NCBI RefSeq assembly: GCF_006345805.1
Contig: NC_043011.1
Coordinates: forward strand, 30,144,464 to 30,208,463
Reading direction: 5' to 3'
Source of the DNA: Octopus sinensis
Taxonomy: Eukaryota
DNA length: 64,000 bases
In this document: positions 24,990 through 38,476 of the stretch, one piece after another
How the letters are laid out: the number at the start of each line of letters is the position of its first letter
Numbering within the stretch: position 1 is the stretch's first letter
Made by a program: the position numbers and the translations under genes
The notes under the pieces: model-generated
The model's database searches: none
What the model was told of the DNA's origin: nothing
What the model saw: the letters and a program-made list of their open reading frames with translations, nothing else

Positions 24990-25325
24990 CGTTTTCTATC
25001 TATCTGTCTGTCTCTCTCCCCTTGTTTTTCTTTTTCCCTCTCTCTCTCTCTTTATCGTTGCTCACACGTGACCATCGTCCATCTTTCTTTTCCTCATATG
25101 ACCATCCATAAATCCTAAATTTTATTTTAGAATTTATGGGAACAACTGTCTTTGAAGACTCATATTGTCGTTGAATGCACAAAATGAGCAGTAGATAGAC
25201 AGCCTACAACTGATGAAGGGTCCTTTCTCTGTGTTTACTTGTCCAGTTTTCCATTTTTCCTCATTGTTTATGTATTTCATGTTATTTGCACCGTTGATGA
25301 CGTCCTATACCCATATATGCATGTA
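24990..25325 (+). mobile_element. Same family as 24079-24560
   Basis: Shared body and tgacgtccta(t)acccatatatgcatg end. Confidence 0.75.
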
Positions 25326-25353
25326 TGTATGTGTATCGTTTAACGTCCACTTT

Positions 25354-25404
<51 letters not shown>

Positions 25405-25609
25405 GTTCTGTATATATCTGTATATTTATATAAGGTGGGCATTTTTGAGGTAGATCTTTCTATGACCAGATGCTCTTTCTGTCACCAACCCTTAATTATT
25501 TCTAGGGAAGGTTATTTTCCCCATGGCCAGGTATTCTTTTCATGAAAGATTGGAAATAACACCACGTGTATGATGGTGACACTCATATATATTATATATA
25601 TATATATAT

Positions 25610-25681
<72 letters not shown>

Positions 25682-25734
25682 TGCCTTGCTGTCCTAAAGA
25701 AGACCTGTACATCACAGCAGTATTGATACCAGTG

Positions 25735-26110
25735 CTGGTGTCAAATAAAAAGCACCCAGTACACTTTAAAGTGATTGGTGTTAAGAAAGGCATCCTGTCA
25801 TAGAAAACATTCCAAAATGGACAATGGAACCTATGCTGGCCCCTAGCTTTACCAGCTCCAGTTAAACAATCCAAGCCATGCCAGCTACAAAAATTAACAT
25901 TAAATGATAATGATGAGGATGAGGTGTATGTGTGTGTATGTTTGTGTGTGAACAAGTTTCCTGCAGTTTCCATTTATCAAATCAATTTACGAGGTTTTGG
26001 TCAGACTAATGCTATCATAGAAAACACTTGCCCATGGTGCCATGCAATGGGAATGAACCCCAAAATTACATGGCTCAGGAACAAAACTCTTAACCATACA
26101 GCCATACTCG
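25735..26110. mobile_element. Degenerate family 3 (+) and family 1 (-) SINE fragments
   Basis: gattggtgttaagaaaggcatcc..ccatgccagc and aaaacacttgcccatggtgccatgc. Confidence 0.65.
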
Positions 26111-29006
26111 TGTCTTAGCAGTGAAATTACAATGATAACTGAAATCTTTTCACTATATTAAATACTATAACATGCATTCAGACTGAAGAAGAACAAGAGA
26201 AAATTATATTTAGCTGTTAGAAACATCACTTTACACTGCTGTATTTCAGAAATGCAAATTATAAGATTCATGAATAAGTAAATAGTAAAGATACATGTAT
26301 TTATGATCAATTTAACATGAAATAGAACTTTTCTTAGTTTCATAATAGATATCTCTCTTGTATATGTAGCAGAAATTATGCTGAGTATATCAAGCCTTCC
26401 TTGCATATATGATATGAAGAGAAACTAGTATTATTACATTGTTCTATACCGTATAATATTTTAATACATTTAAATATAAATAATAAGATGCTTTCACTTT
26501 CATGTGAAGCCTTAAAGTTTCATTTAAGTTTTCACTTTTGCCACGGTGAAGTGAGGGGTAAATTTTGCATTCACTGCACCTATTAGCACTTCATATTTCA
26601 CCTGTGTAGAAAGTGAAATAACCATCAGAGCAGTTTCCATGTTATGTTTGCAAATATATCATGATTCTATATTTAAAAAATTCAAAATGTGAAAGACTTT
26701 TGGCTCCAAAAATTTGGGCTTAAGCACTTTTTATATCATCCCACCTGAGACTGTGCCTGGTTTTATGATACAAAACTTTCTATTTTGAAGTGATTTACAT
26801 AAAAACCTTCCTTCAAAATTTCATGTTAATTTGTTCCAGAGACCAACTTTTTAATGACAAAGTTGGAAATTTGACTAAAGACTGATGGTGCTGCCATCCA
26901 TAGTTGCTTTCAGAGTAAGAAAGGGAGAGAGAGAGAGAGAGAGAGTTTACTAAAAAATAGAAGGGAGGGTAAAGATACCCTTTAAGGGGAGAGAACTGCT
27001 TATTATTATTATTTTTATTATTGTTATTATATGAGGGAGAGAACATATGAAAAATATTTCCATGCAATCAATTTTTTTTTCTTTTTAAGTGTCCTAGTAG
27101 TTGTAGATAACACCATTTCCCCCTTCTTATGGGCTCTTCAGTACAGCATAACTTGAGATAATGAAATTGTTGGTCTATATTCATTTACAACCTTTTGGAA
27201 TTATATATGATCAATTTTCTTTTCTTTTTTTTTTCTCTTACTCTCCTAACAGTAGAGAAAAGGAGTGAAGTGGTAGAAACAAGTACTAAATGCTTTGAAA
27301 TTTTGAAAATTAACGGAAACAAGTGTAGTGTATTTCAACAGAAATTAGATGACAAAGGGGTTTAGAGTTATCATATTTACTCAGTTTTATTAACCTTGAA
27401 ATGGTGAAAGACGAGGATGTACTCAGCAGAATCTGATCTCGAAATGTAACTTAAATACCACAGATATTCACCTGACATTCTGATGTTTCTATCAATCCAC
27501 TGTCTAAGTACCAATATGAACCCATTGGTTTGCTTATTTTAATAATCTTCTTTTATTTCACCTCCAGCTAGTTCAGAAAAATAAATTAATATTTTCTTTC
27601 TTTATCTTAAACCTGGCTGTTGCAAAAATTTCAATATTTTCATTTAATTTATCTCTAGCTGCTACACAAATTAATACCCTATTGTCTATTGACTGTACTA
27701 ATATTTGTTAATTAGATATATTTCCTCCTAATCCTCTATAAATCTTCATTATGACTGATAAAGCTTTTCTATGAGTTATTCATTTGGTGAAATAACTGAA
27801 AAGGAAGTGGAATTTTAGCTTTCCATATTGAATGCATTGAATGATGGTAACATTTCAAGAGTTATACACTAACATTTTTAACAAGAGCAAATTCTTGTGA
27901 TTAATTTGTTAGATAATATTTTAATGAATTTGAAAGAAATAGAAATTTATTCTAAAATATTGAAGCCTAGATTTTAGAAAGCAATATGCAGATGTTTTTA
28001 GCTTTATTTCCTTTAAACAGAATCCTCCAGTTTAGAAGTTAGAGTACAAAATACTTTGCTTGCATTCTTCTCAACAAATTTTACCCAGTTCCATATTGTT
28101 TGGAGTTTTATAATTTGTTTTAATAATTCTGTATTTCAATGGTCTCCATAAATATTTCCAGCCTTTAGCTTTTCCTTAATCTAACTATGAAAAATCCAAA
28201 CAAAGTATTTGAAACAATAGCCATTTTTATCTTCAGCTTTTTATGGCTCTTGGAAACAACATTTCTTCCTGCTTCTATACAAATGGAATTTCAAAATTCA
28301 ATATTCCAAGACAAGCAAAATATATACCTTTCTAATAAATTCTTGTAGCTGTTTTGTAAATGGTAAAACGTCCATAAACATTGTCCAAAACATTTAATAA
28401 ATGATGCCACTTTGTACAAACAAATGGCTCGTATTTAAATATTGATTGGTTACTAGAAGAATTTTAACATATAAATATGCAAATAAATGTTGATTTTTAG
28501 TGAAAACCATAAACAATATAATAACAACTCACACACCATTCTAGCTATACCAGACAGATTTTTGTTACTCAGGTCATGAATTTTACAGACAGAAAATTTA
28601 TACTGAAAACAAAGTAATTATATTCTTTTATTATTTTACTTCAAATATTTCAATACATGATGCTAAGTTTTACTCATCATCATCATCATCACCATCATCA
28701 TCATCATGTAACTTCTACGCCCTTGCATAAATCAAACTGAGTTTGTTCAGGCAGATTTCTACAGCTGGATGCTCTTTCTGTTGCTAACTTATACCTGGCT
28801 AGACATTTTTTTAAAAAACAAAATAGCAAACAGAGCACACTACGTGTATGATGCCAATATTTGTTTGCAATTAACATGCAATATCTAGAAAAGGAGACAA
28901 GAATACATACACCTGTGTACATACACACATGTATATGTAAGTACATGAATGTGTGTGTGTATTTATAAATATATATGTATGTGTATGTATATATATATGT
29001 GTGTAT

Positions 29007-29216
29007 ATATTAGAAGAAATAAGGTATCACATGTTTTTATAAATCATATAAATCATATATTAGTGCTTGCATCCACTCTAGTGGAGTTGTCAGACTCTGA
29101 CTCCACTAGAGTGGATGCAGCGCTAACATATGATTTATAAAAACATGTGACATATTAATAAATATCTGTAAATATAAAGCCATCCAGATTTCGGAGTACC
29201 TTATTTCTTCTAATAT
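29007..29216. repeat. Nested fold-back element next to (TA)/(TG) tracts
   Basis: tcacatgtttttataaatcatat..gcatccactctagtggagt pairs with actccactagagtggatgc..atatgatttataaaaacatgtga; outer arms atattagaagaaataaggta / taccttatttcttctaatat. Confidence 0.85.
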
Positions 29217-29989
29217 ATAATGCCTGTACATCATCTCCAAACCTTCTAATATATGTATATATATATGCATGTATGTATGTATGTATGTATGTATGTATGT
29301 ATGTATGTATGTATGTATGTATGTATGTATGCATATATGTATATATATATATATAGATAGTTATAGATATAAATATAACCCCCACACCACACCATGCACA
29401 TTAGTACTGACCGCTTTCCAGCACCCACACCACATGCCATCATCCACACACCCACACACAATCTTTAATAACCACACCACACATACCACTATATGAGCAG
29501 CCACACACATGTTTAATCCAGTACACACCACACATCATCATGCACACTCCCATACCCACACAAGTACATAATACCTGAACGCAGGTTATATATATACATA
29601 CACACGTAACATGCATTAACATATGCAATATACATAGACAAAGATAACTTTTACCCACATATATAGAACTATACACATGCACACTGGTCACAGACACACA
29701 CACACATGTGCACACACCACGTGAAAAAGCAAACATCAACTGTTACATACAACACACACACACACAAGTCAGAGTCACTCTCCCCGATTCACATGCACAA
29801 TTACACACTCACATGCACTATTCTCACATACACACACATGCACAAGAACCTTCTCTTATTGAGATCACTAGCACTTTATTATCTCCCTTTCATTCAACCC
29901 CTTTTTTTAAATTATTATCTCCCTTTATTTCAACCTCTTTTTTACCAAATATTGACCATGCTTGACCGCTAAAATCTACAAGTTATTTT

Positions 29990-30127
29990 CATTCTCTTAT
30001 TCCTTCCTGTTTAAGAGCAGGAGCTCAAAACATAAAAGACTTTTTCATTTTTCCCAAGCATGAAACTAAAATGTTTGTTATTCATACACCTGTCTTCGTC
30101 TTTTGTTTTTCTATAAATTTCAACTAT
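29990..30127 (+). mobile_element. Decayed copy of the 24680-24860 family
   Basis: ccttc ctgttta a gagc agga gctc aaaa cataaaagac..cacctgtcttcgtcttttgttttt, ending in (TA)n. Confidence 0.65.
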
Positions 30128-30574
30128 ATATATATATTTGGAAAAATGTGTGGAGATGGTTTTTCTGGATAATTTGTTTTTTAAAATAATAATGTTTGCA
30201 AAGAGTTACTCTGGTATGAGTTTCTAGCTTCAAATAGCCGTTTTCACACTGAAAAATGTATGTTTTACTGGTTGCTTAAATAGCAAAAGATCACAAGTAT
30301 ACACCACAAAAAATATACACAAAGAAAGGGAAAATATATTAAAAATATACAAAAGTATGTATGGAGGAGGAGAAGGAGGAAGAGGAAAGAGGGTGAAGAA
30401 GGGAAAAAATAAGTAAGTGAAATAAAGATGAGAATAAAAATAAATATAAAAATAAAGATAAAGATAAAGATAAGACTAATAGTAATTGAGCACAGAGGGG
30501 GAAGGAGAGTTAAGTCCATCAAGAGTAAAGAAATGAAATATTTTGGAGTGGTCAATATTGTTGTGAATTGTGAA

Positions 30575-30722
30575 AAGATAACAGGAATGTGGAACTCTGA
30601 GTAGTAGTCTTTTTGCGATGATTTTGCAGCTTTAAAAAAAAAAGCATATAACTCTACCTTTGGTATTCGAGTACAATTTTTTTCCACTTTGTTTTACATT
30701 TACGTGCTTACTTGTGTATATA
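30575..30722 (+). mobile_element. Decayed copy of the 56650-56891 family
   Basis: aacaggaatgtggaactctgagta..aaagcatataactctacc..tattcgagtac..tttttccac aligns with the minus strand of 56660-56810; ends in (TA)n. Confidence 0.65.
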
Positions 30723-30732
30723 TATGTATATA

Positions 30733-30932
30733 TACTGGGTGACACAAAAGTATGTTTACAGTTATCACATAGGCACTTTAAATTTCTTTTAAAACATTTT
30801 ATTACTTTTAAATTTCTTTCTTACAAACTGAAAAGGGAGCTTGACAAAATTAACTAAATTAACATAGAATAATGGTTTCATATTTTTTAATAATTAACAT
30901 CTAAACTGTTAATATATGAATGTGACCCTGTA
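30733..30932. mobile_element. Possible Tc1/mariner-type MITE
   Basis: Imperfect inverted ends tactgggtgacaca..acagtt / aactgt..tgtgaccctgta, TA-flanked. Confidence 0.35.
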
Positions 30933-31810
30933 TATTGCACTTTGCTACAAATAAACATATGGTCATAGGTTCAATACATAAAAGCCCTTATGTTTTCTAA
31001 ATATTTAAATATCCGACTTATGACCATAAAAGGTTTATTTTTTATGCCACAGATCAATGGTGCAAAATGGCTTGCTTTACTAGTCTCATGGATTGGACTA
31101 TGGCTTTGGCAAGACACTGTCTTGAAGGATCTTAGTTGATTAAATCAAGCCACAATACTTAGTAGGGTGTTTATGTTATGGAGCTCTATTCAGGATACAG
31201 TCAAGTTTACAGTTTGACATTGCTGCACAGTAAACAATTGACGAATTCATATGATATATAGGAACTCATTTATTATGCAGAGTGTTTAGCTGTCATAGCT
31301 GACGCCCTATTCTCTCTTCTAAATATATAACTAAAACATATTGAACTAGCTACAAATCTGCATAAGAATTACTGAGTTATTTATAACAGACATATCTAAA
31401 CAGAATTGTATAAATGCAGCATTCTAGCATTTCTTACAAAACATTTTGTTTTTAGGAAGCATTGATTTTTATAGCACATATTTCACATAGATTTTTATCA
31501 CTTGTTACTGGCATTTATGCATATATTTTATGAAAGACAGCCTTGTAAAATACCATCAAATAAATAAAATGGAAGTCAATTTATATGTATGCTACAGTTC
31601 TATTCTTTGTTGTTTGAGACCAAGGTGCATAGAATTTTGAGTTTTGAGAGTGAAATACTGGAAAGCTAATTATAGATTTGAAAAAAACCCAATTTAATTT
31701 AATATTATATTTAAGCACCGCCTAGATATTAAAATCAAACAAAAAAACCTGTCTGGCCCAGGTCTGGGCATAAATATGCAAATTGATGCACACACACGCA
31801 CACACACACT

Positions 31811-31908
<98 letters not shown>

Positions 31909-31982
31909 TATAGTAATGGTTGTTGCCATTTTTACATGGCTGTTCCATGCAGAACAAATATTACTACATTTTAACCCCAGGG

Positions 31983-32284
31983 AAACATCTTTTCCTGCTG
32001 GTTAATGACACACAAGCAGTGTCTGTTTTATTGCGAGTAAGGAAGTGAGCCACTCCCACTCCAGCATAGCAAGACCAGTAGACCAGTTGGCATCTGGGTG
32101 TATTCCTATCCTTGGTACTGGACACTGGATGTTAACCAGTTGGAAAAGATGTTTTAATAGTTACCACCACACAAACATGGCAGTCCAGAAAAATAGCTAG
32201 AGGCGATGGCCTCTTGGAGCTAATCAACAGCAGCATTTGTCCTATTTTTCTGGACTGCCATGTTAGCTTGGTGATAACTATTAA
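31983..32284. repeat. Two abutting fold-back inverted repeats
   Basis: aaacatcttttcc..ctggttaa / ttaaccag..ggaaaagatgttt, and ttaatagttaccacca..aacatggcagtccagaaaaatag / ctatttttctggactgccatgtt..tggtgataactattaa. Confidence 0.8.
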
Positions 32285-32701
32285 TATCCGGTACCGCTGT
32301 TGTAGTCACCTTTAGAGACACTTAGAAATATTAATATTTCTATAAAAAGATGTATTCCTTAGGTTTAAATGTATTAAGATATATAAACCTTTGACTCTGC
32401 AACACTGTCTATAAATTCCCTACTGGGAATGACCAAGTTTAAAAATCTACTGGATCTCAATCATAAGGGAATCTTACATTGCTTATAAACTCTATATTTG
32501 GAAGGACTCATTTTAAACTCTGTTGGACTTTTGGGCTTTACTCATAGGATATTGGAATATTGCATATATACCATTATGCCTAAAAAATGGATTTACAACT
32601 TCAATATCCATACTTATCTTGCATCTATTTTCTTTCCTCCACCTCACTCTCCATTTTGTATCACATCTAAACTAAATATGATTAACTATCCTCTCACACC
32701 G

Positions 32702-32751
32702 TCTCCGATGAAGAGATATAATTAATATATATCCTAGAAATAGCTGTAAGA
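32702..32751 (+). ncRNA. Type I hammerhead-like motif, U4C variant
   Basis: UCU CCGAUGA AG A GAUAUA..UAUAUC CU A GAAA UAGCUG UA AGA; near-palindromic stem III, only a 3-bp stem I. Confidence 0.55.
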
Positions 32752-33904
32752 GCTTCTATCTATAAATGCTCTAATATCTACACAACCTTCGTTTTTTATC
32801 TTATTATGCAAAAAATTCTTATATACACACTCTGACATAGAACCAACATTGAACCCTTTATTCGCAATATTACCAAATCTGGAACTTAACTATGGCCTGT
32901 CTATAGCACTTATTCAGCATTACCTGACACCTATGGGTCTCAATGACACCATTATCTCTATATATATATATATATATATGTGTGTGGGGGGGGTATATGT
33001 GTGTGTGTGTGTGTATGCACACACACACACACAGAAAGAAGTTTGCTTCCTTTGAACGTGGTTCTGGGTTTAGGCAAGTGTTTTCAATAGCACAAGACCA
33101 ATCAATACCTTAATAGTGGAATTGTTTCAGAGAAACTGATAGAAACCCATTGAATATATTTGTGGTTTATCATATTTGCCAAAGTTGTACTGAGGAATAC
33201 ACTTAATAGATATGTCATATAGTATGCAAACAACCATGAAAAACTAGCATATTGAAAAAAAACCCACTAAAATTCATTAATTACGTTTCATAATCCTAAA
33301 GATTGTAGAAAAAGAATATTCATCTCATAGCCTGTAATGTATTATTGGGTGTTTAAACTGCTATTTCCCTAAATGAACATTGAACTGGAATAACTGGGGC
33401 TTTTTATGGCTAATATATTACTTTTCAAAGAATATTATACACAATTTGCTTATATATGACTAAGAATATTTTCCATAAATTATGCCTATTTCCATATACA
33501 AATATGCACACAACTGCATATACATACACATACTAATGCATGCATAGACATATGAAGCCATGCATTTCCACACACATGCATACCTGCATGTGTTGCACAC
33601 AAGAAAACACACGGTGGTATGATGCATGTAGATAAAAAATAACTCAATACTGCAGCTCTCTTTACATACTAAGCCCATTCTAATCAAAATAAATTCTAGT
33701 TTTTATCATCCATAACATAATCCAATCAAGATAATCTGCTATACTTATGGAAGAAAATTATTTAAGTTGTATGTGTGGGGTTTGGGTAGGAAGAACATTA
33801 TTAGTTGTTTTTGCCCTAGAATTCAGAAAGAACATTTCAAAGAATATGGAAAATAAAAAGTTCAGAAGTAAAATGGATTATTAATTTTGTGTTTTTGTTT
33901 AAAC

Positions 33905-33949
33905 AGATCTCTTTCGCTGCCTTTCTCTTGCTCTGTCTGTCTGTGTGTT

Positions 33950-34003
<54 letters not shown>

Positions 34004-34270
34004 CTCCTTCTCTCTTTCCTTCCCTCTCTCTCCTCTCTCCTTCTCTCTTTCCTTCCCTTTCTCTCCTTCTCTCTTTCTCCCTCTCTTTCTTCTCTCTTTC
34101 TCCCTCTCTTTCTTCTCTCTTTCTCCCTCTGCCTTTCTCTCACTTTCTCCCTCTATCTCTCCCTCTCTCATTTTTCTTCTCTCTCTCTCTCTTTCTCCAT
34201 ATGTGTGTCTGTGTGTGTCTGTGTTTGTGTCTGCGTGGGTGGGTGGGTGTGTATCTGTGTGTGTGTGTGT
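33905..34270. repeat. (TC)n/polypyrimidine tract and (TG)n
   Basis: Read directly. Confidence 0.9.
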
Positions 34271-34737
34271 GGTTTAAGAGTTTGCTTCCCAACCACATGC
34301 TTCTGGGTTCAGTCTCACTGTGTGACACTTTCAGTTAGCATCTCCAGCTAGAGTCTGCGCCAAGCCAAGTCCTTTGAGAGGATTTGGTAGATGGAAACTG
34401 AAAGAAGCCCATTGTATATGCATGGTGGGATGCATCACCTTGTCTTGAAATAGTGTGATTGTCGTAAATGAGTGTCACTGTCATACAAGCAGTGTCATTC
34501 ATTTTCCAATATTCTGTGAAAACATGTCAGGGCCATGGGGAAATATTACCTTGCTTACAAAACAGGTGTGGTTTGAAGACAGGAAAGGTATCTGTCAAAA
34601 GAAACTCAGCCTCAATAAACTCTATCCAGTTCTCCATGAAAGCTTGGAAAAGTGGACATTAAAAGATGATGATGATGATGACGACAATGGTAATGATGAT
34701 GATGATGATGATGAACTGTGTATATATATACTCTTTC

Positions 34738-34943
34738 TTTCTTTTACTTGTTTCAGTCATTTGGCTGTGGCCATGCTGGAGCACCACCTTTAGTTGAGCA
34801 AATCGACCCCAGGACTTATTCTTTGTAAGCCTAGTACTTATTCTATTGGTCTCTTTCACTGAACCGCTAAGTTACAGGGACGTAAACACACCAGCATTGG
34901 TTGTCAAGCGATATTAAGGGGACAAACACAGACACACAAACAT

Positions 34944-34976
<33 letters not shown>

Positions 34977-35145
34977 CACATATATACGATGGGCTTCTTC
35001 CAGCTTCCGTCTACCAAATCCACTCACAAGGCTTTGGTCAGCTCAAGGTTATAGAAGACACTTGCCCAAGGTGTCACGCAGTGGGACTGAACCCAGAACC
35101 ATGTGGTTGCTAAGCAAGCTACTTACCACACAGCCATTCCTGCGC
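34738..35145 (-). mobile_element. SINE family 1, full length
   Basis: Reverse complement of 38477-38862. Confidence 0.9.
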
Positions 35146-35651
35146 CTCCACACAGCAACTCCTTCACCTAAATATATATGGAGTCACTAAAATTTTTTAA
35201 GTGTTTGAATTTCCATGGGTCTTAATCTTATCCTGATAGAGACTTAGACTACTGATGAGAACATAAGCCCAAATCATACTTACAGCTACTGAGTTATGTC
35301 CCTAGACATAACACATTGCTGTATATTGTTCAGTTCAAACTTTAGTTTTGGTCATTTTCTTGTTTCCAGACTTAGCATATCTATGGCTGTGTTCCTTAAC
35401 CAGTTGTTCCCAATTATCCACCTAAAGTGTTTGAACACTTTCTACTTCACTCAACTTTTTGTTCTTTAGTAATAAAGGTAGTAGCTGTAATTAAATTCAA
35501 AATAAATTTATTGCTCACCATTCACGTCATAACTGTTAACCACTTTTGTGGATAGTGTGTAATACCCTTGGAATCAATGGTGAGAGGGCGAATCATAAGC
35601 ATTTTTAGGCAAAAACCATCAAAGAGGAGACATCAATATTTTGAGCAATTT

Positions 35652-35866
35652 AAGGCGGTGAGCTGGCAGAAATATTAGCATGCCAGGTAAAATGCTTAAC
35701 AATATTTCATCTGTCTTTATGTTTTGAGTTCAAATTCCGCCAAAGTCAACTTTGCCTTTCATCGTTTCGGGATTGATAAATTAAGCACCAGTTGCATACT
35801 GGGGTCGACCTAATTGACTGCCCCACTCACCAAAAATTTCAGGCCTTGTGCCTTGAGTAGAAAAGA
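35652..35866 (+). mobile_element. SINE family 2
   Basis: Head and Meta-like domain; flanked by the near-direct repeat aatattttt(g)agcaattt / aatattttgggcaattt (likely TSD). Confidence 0.85.
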
Positions 35867-36102
35867 ATATTTTGGGCAATTTGTCCTCAGTCAAGATGGC
35901 AGGGAAGGAAAAAGATTAGGAGAGGATGGGAATGTATGTCTGTTATCAAGACATGGTTAAACGATGGGAGACATTAAAAGGTTTGTTTACATTTGTATGT
36001 ATAACTTCAATTTTTATTATTGTGTTTTAACTTTGCATATTTAATAATTTTTCTTTTGAAGTAGTCTTATTAGATTTGACTTAATTCAGTGAGGTCTTTA
36101 AC

Positions 36103-36668
36103 TATTCGGTTGTCCGGAAAGTTCGTGCTGATTTATAGTAGCTTACCTTTCAACTTATTTTAGAACATGGTTAAGTCCATAAAATAGGATTTGACTACAT
36201 CTCCATTTAGAGCAGAGTTTAAGCTATCTTTTCGTGGAAGAGGGTTTATGATCCTATAACTTGTGTTAATTCTGTAACCCTTTAAAATAGAAGATAAGAA
36301 AGTTCATTTTCGACACTTGATGCTTTGGGAACCAGACAAAAATTGCTGCAGCTCAGCTGGGATGTGTTACCCCACCCTCCATATTCCCCAGATATTGCTC
36401 CTTCAGGTTTCCACTTATTCAGGTCTCTGCAGAATAGTCTTAATGGTAAAAATTTCAATTCCTTGTATGATGTAAAAAGATACCTTGACGAATTCTTTGC
36501 CATGAAACCACCTCAGTTCTGGGAAGAGGGTATTTTCAAGTTAAAGGAAAGATGGAGACGCATTGTGCAACAAAATGGTTTATATCTGGTTGATTAAAAA
36601 TGTAATGGTAAGTATTTATTGACCTTTTTCTTTCCATTAAAAATGAGCAAGAACTTTCCAGACAACCT
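36103..36668 (+). mobile_element. Internally deleted mariner transposon (mellifera-like)
   Basis: TIRs ggttgtccggaaagttcgtgctgattt / aaatgagcaagaactttccagacaacc. N-terminal EDKKVHFRHLML is joined directly to the C-terminal fragment. Confidence 0.88.
36325..36597 (+). pseudogene. Mariner transposase C-terminal fragment
   Basis: TRQKLLQLSWDVLPHPPYSPDIAPSGFHLFRSLQNSLNGKNF..ERWRRIVQQNG. YSPDLAPSD-type motif with the final catalytic D replaced by G. Confidence 0.9.
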
Positions 36669-37569
36669 GGCTAAGATTGTAAGATATGGTTAGCAGAGTT
36701 ACCTTTCCAGACACATGGCTAAGATTGTAAGATATGGTTAGCAGAGTTACCTACATCTACAATATTGGTTTTTTGACTCCAGACTGTAGGAGATGTATTA
36801 GCAGTAAAATTCTCTGTCATATAGTAACTATTACTAATTCTCGAATTCAGCTGACATCTACTTTCAGCTTTTTAGTCAAAGAGAGTTTCATAAGTTTTCC
36901 TTTTATTGGTTTAAATTATTATGTTATTCGAAAAAGAGAGGCAGTACTCATCCCTTTTGCAGATGGCTTTATATTGGAGAAGCTGACGTGGTTGCTGTTG
37001 AATTTGACATTTTTCAAGTTAATTCTGTATGCAGATGGTATCTTTGAATTATTTGATCTCTATGCCTGCATAGGAAGCAGATGTAAAATGTTGGTGATGA
37101 TGAAGATGATGATGATTTATATTTGTGATATTACATAAATTTTCTTTTAAGAAAGCCTTTTAAAATAATGTTATTTCTCAATGTTTTTGCAATATTTATT
37201 ATTATAGATTGATTTTTTTATGCATTTATTTTGAATATTTAGAACACACACACATACACAAATGCACACACACACACACACACAACTGCACACACACACA
37301 CACACACTCATATGTTTGAGTTAGTTATGATTTACACTGAAAAGAGTTGATCATAGAGGACAATACTCAATGTCCTTTTTTTCCAAGAAGGGAGAAGTAG
37401 TGACTGAGGGCTTAAAAATCTATAAGCAGCAAATTAGCAGAGTCATTAGAGATTCAAAAATACAACATGTTATTTGTCTCAGTTCTCTTTGTCATGAGTT
37501 CAAATTCTACCTTGGCCAACTTCAGTGGTAGTTTTACCATTTTTACTCATGTATAAGTTCCACTAGTGA

Positions 37570-37890
37570 AGGCTCATGGCTTGGTGGTTAGGGTAGTCAA
37601 CTTACAATCATAAGGTTGTGAGTTCGATTCCTGATGGTGTGTTGTGTCTTTGAGCAAGACACTTTATTTCCCATACTCCAGTCCACCCAGATGGCAAAAA
37701 TGAGTAGTACCTGTATTTCGAAGGGCCTGCCTTGTCACATTCTGTGTCACACTGAATCTCCCTGTGAACTACATCAAGGGTACGTGTGTCTGTGGAGTGC
37801 TCAGCCACATTCACATTTAATTTCATGAGCAGGTTGTTCCATGGATCAGATCAGCTGGAACCCTTGTCGTCATGACCAACAGATTGTCAC
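37570..37890 (+). mobile_element. SINE family 4 (tRNA head, CORE-like segment)
   Basis: A-box tggcttggtgg, B-box gagttcgattcc, then gtgtctttgagcaagacacttta. Confidence 0.8.
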
Positions 37891-38191
37891 TATGGTTTAC
37901 ATATTTGATTTTAAATAAAGAAACAAAAAAAAAATAGAACTGTGAAGAGATGTATACATAGGGAAAATCTGATATCAAATTTTGATATGAAGGGAGAAAA
38001 GTTTTGTACCGAGATTTAACACTAAATTAGAGGTACAGCTTATACATGAGTACAAAGGAGTGCAACTTATACACAATTAAACATGGCAATTCATTATTTG
38101 GTTTAATACCACTGCTTGATGCTTAAAGCACATTCCACAGAAGCCCCTGTGCAGCAAGGATTTTGGCCATATTTCTAGTTTAAGTTTACTT

Positions 38192-38273
<82 letters not shown>

Positions 38274-38476
38274 CACAAGTTTCAGAGACCCAGTGAAAGA
38301 TCATAGATACTTCCTTTCCTCCTGACTAAAAGATAAACTTCTTTCAGTTTCCGTCTACCAAATCCTACGCCTACAAATACAGAACTCTGTACATTCATTT
38401 AGTGAATCTTTATAATCACAACGTCATAGCAAGAAAGGAGAAGGATATGTTTCACTGATGAGATGAAAATAACACT

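Noticed and set aside
26529-26620. Imperfect hairpin ttcacttttgccacggtgaa / ttcacctgtgtagaaagtgaa as a pre-miRNA
   Set aside because: Short imperfect arms, long loop and no recognisable mature miRNA; could be a MITE relic.
27550-28450. Possible decayed L1/Tx1 ORF2 (minus-strand METIE..IWNWVKF)
   Set aside because: Only scattered short words among many stops; needs a profile search.
37570-37640. tRNA gene-like A/B boxes
   Set aside because: SINE heads; no complete cloverleaf, and they continue into SINE body.
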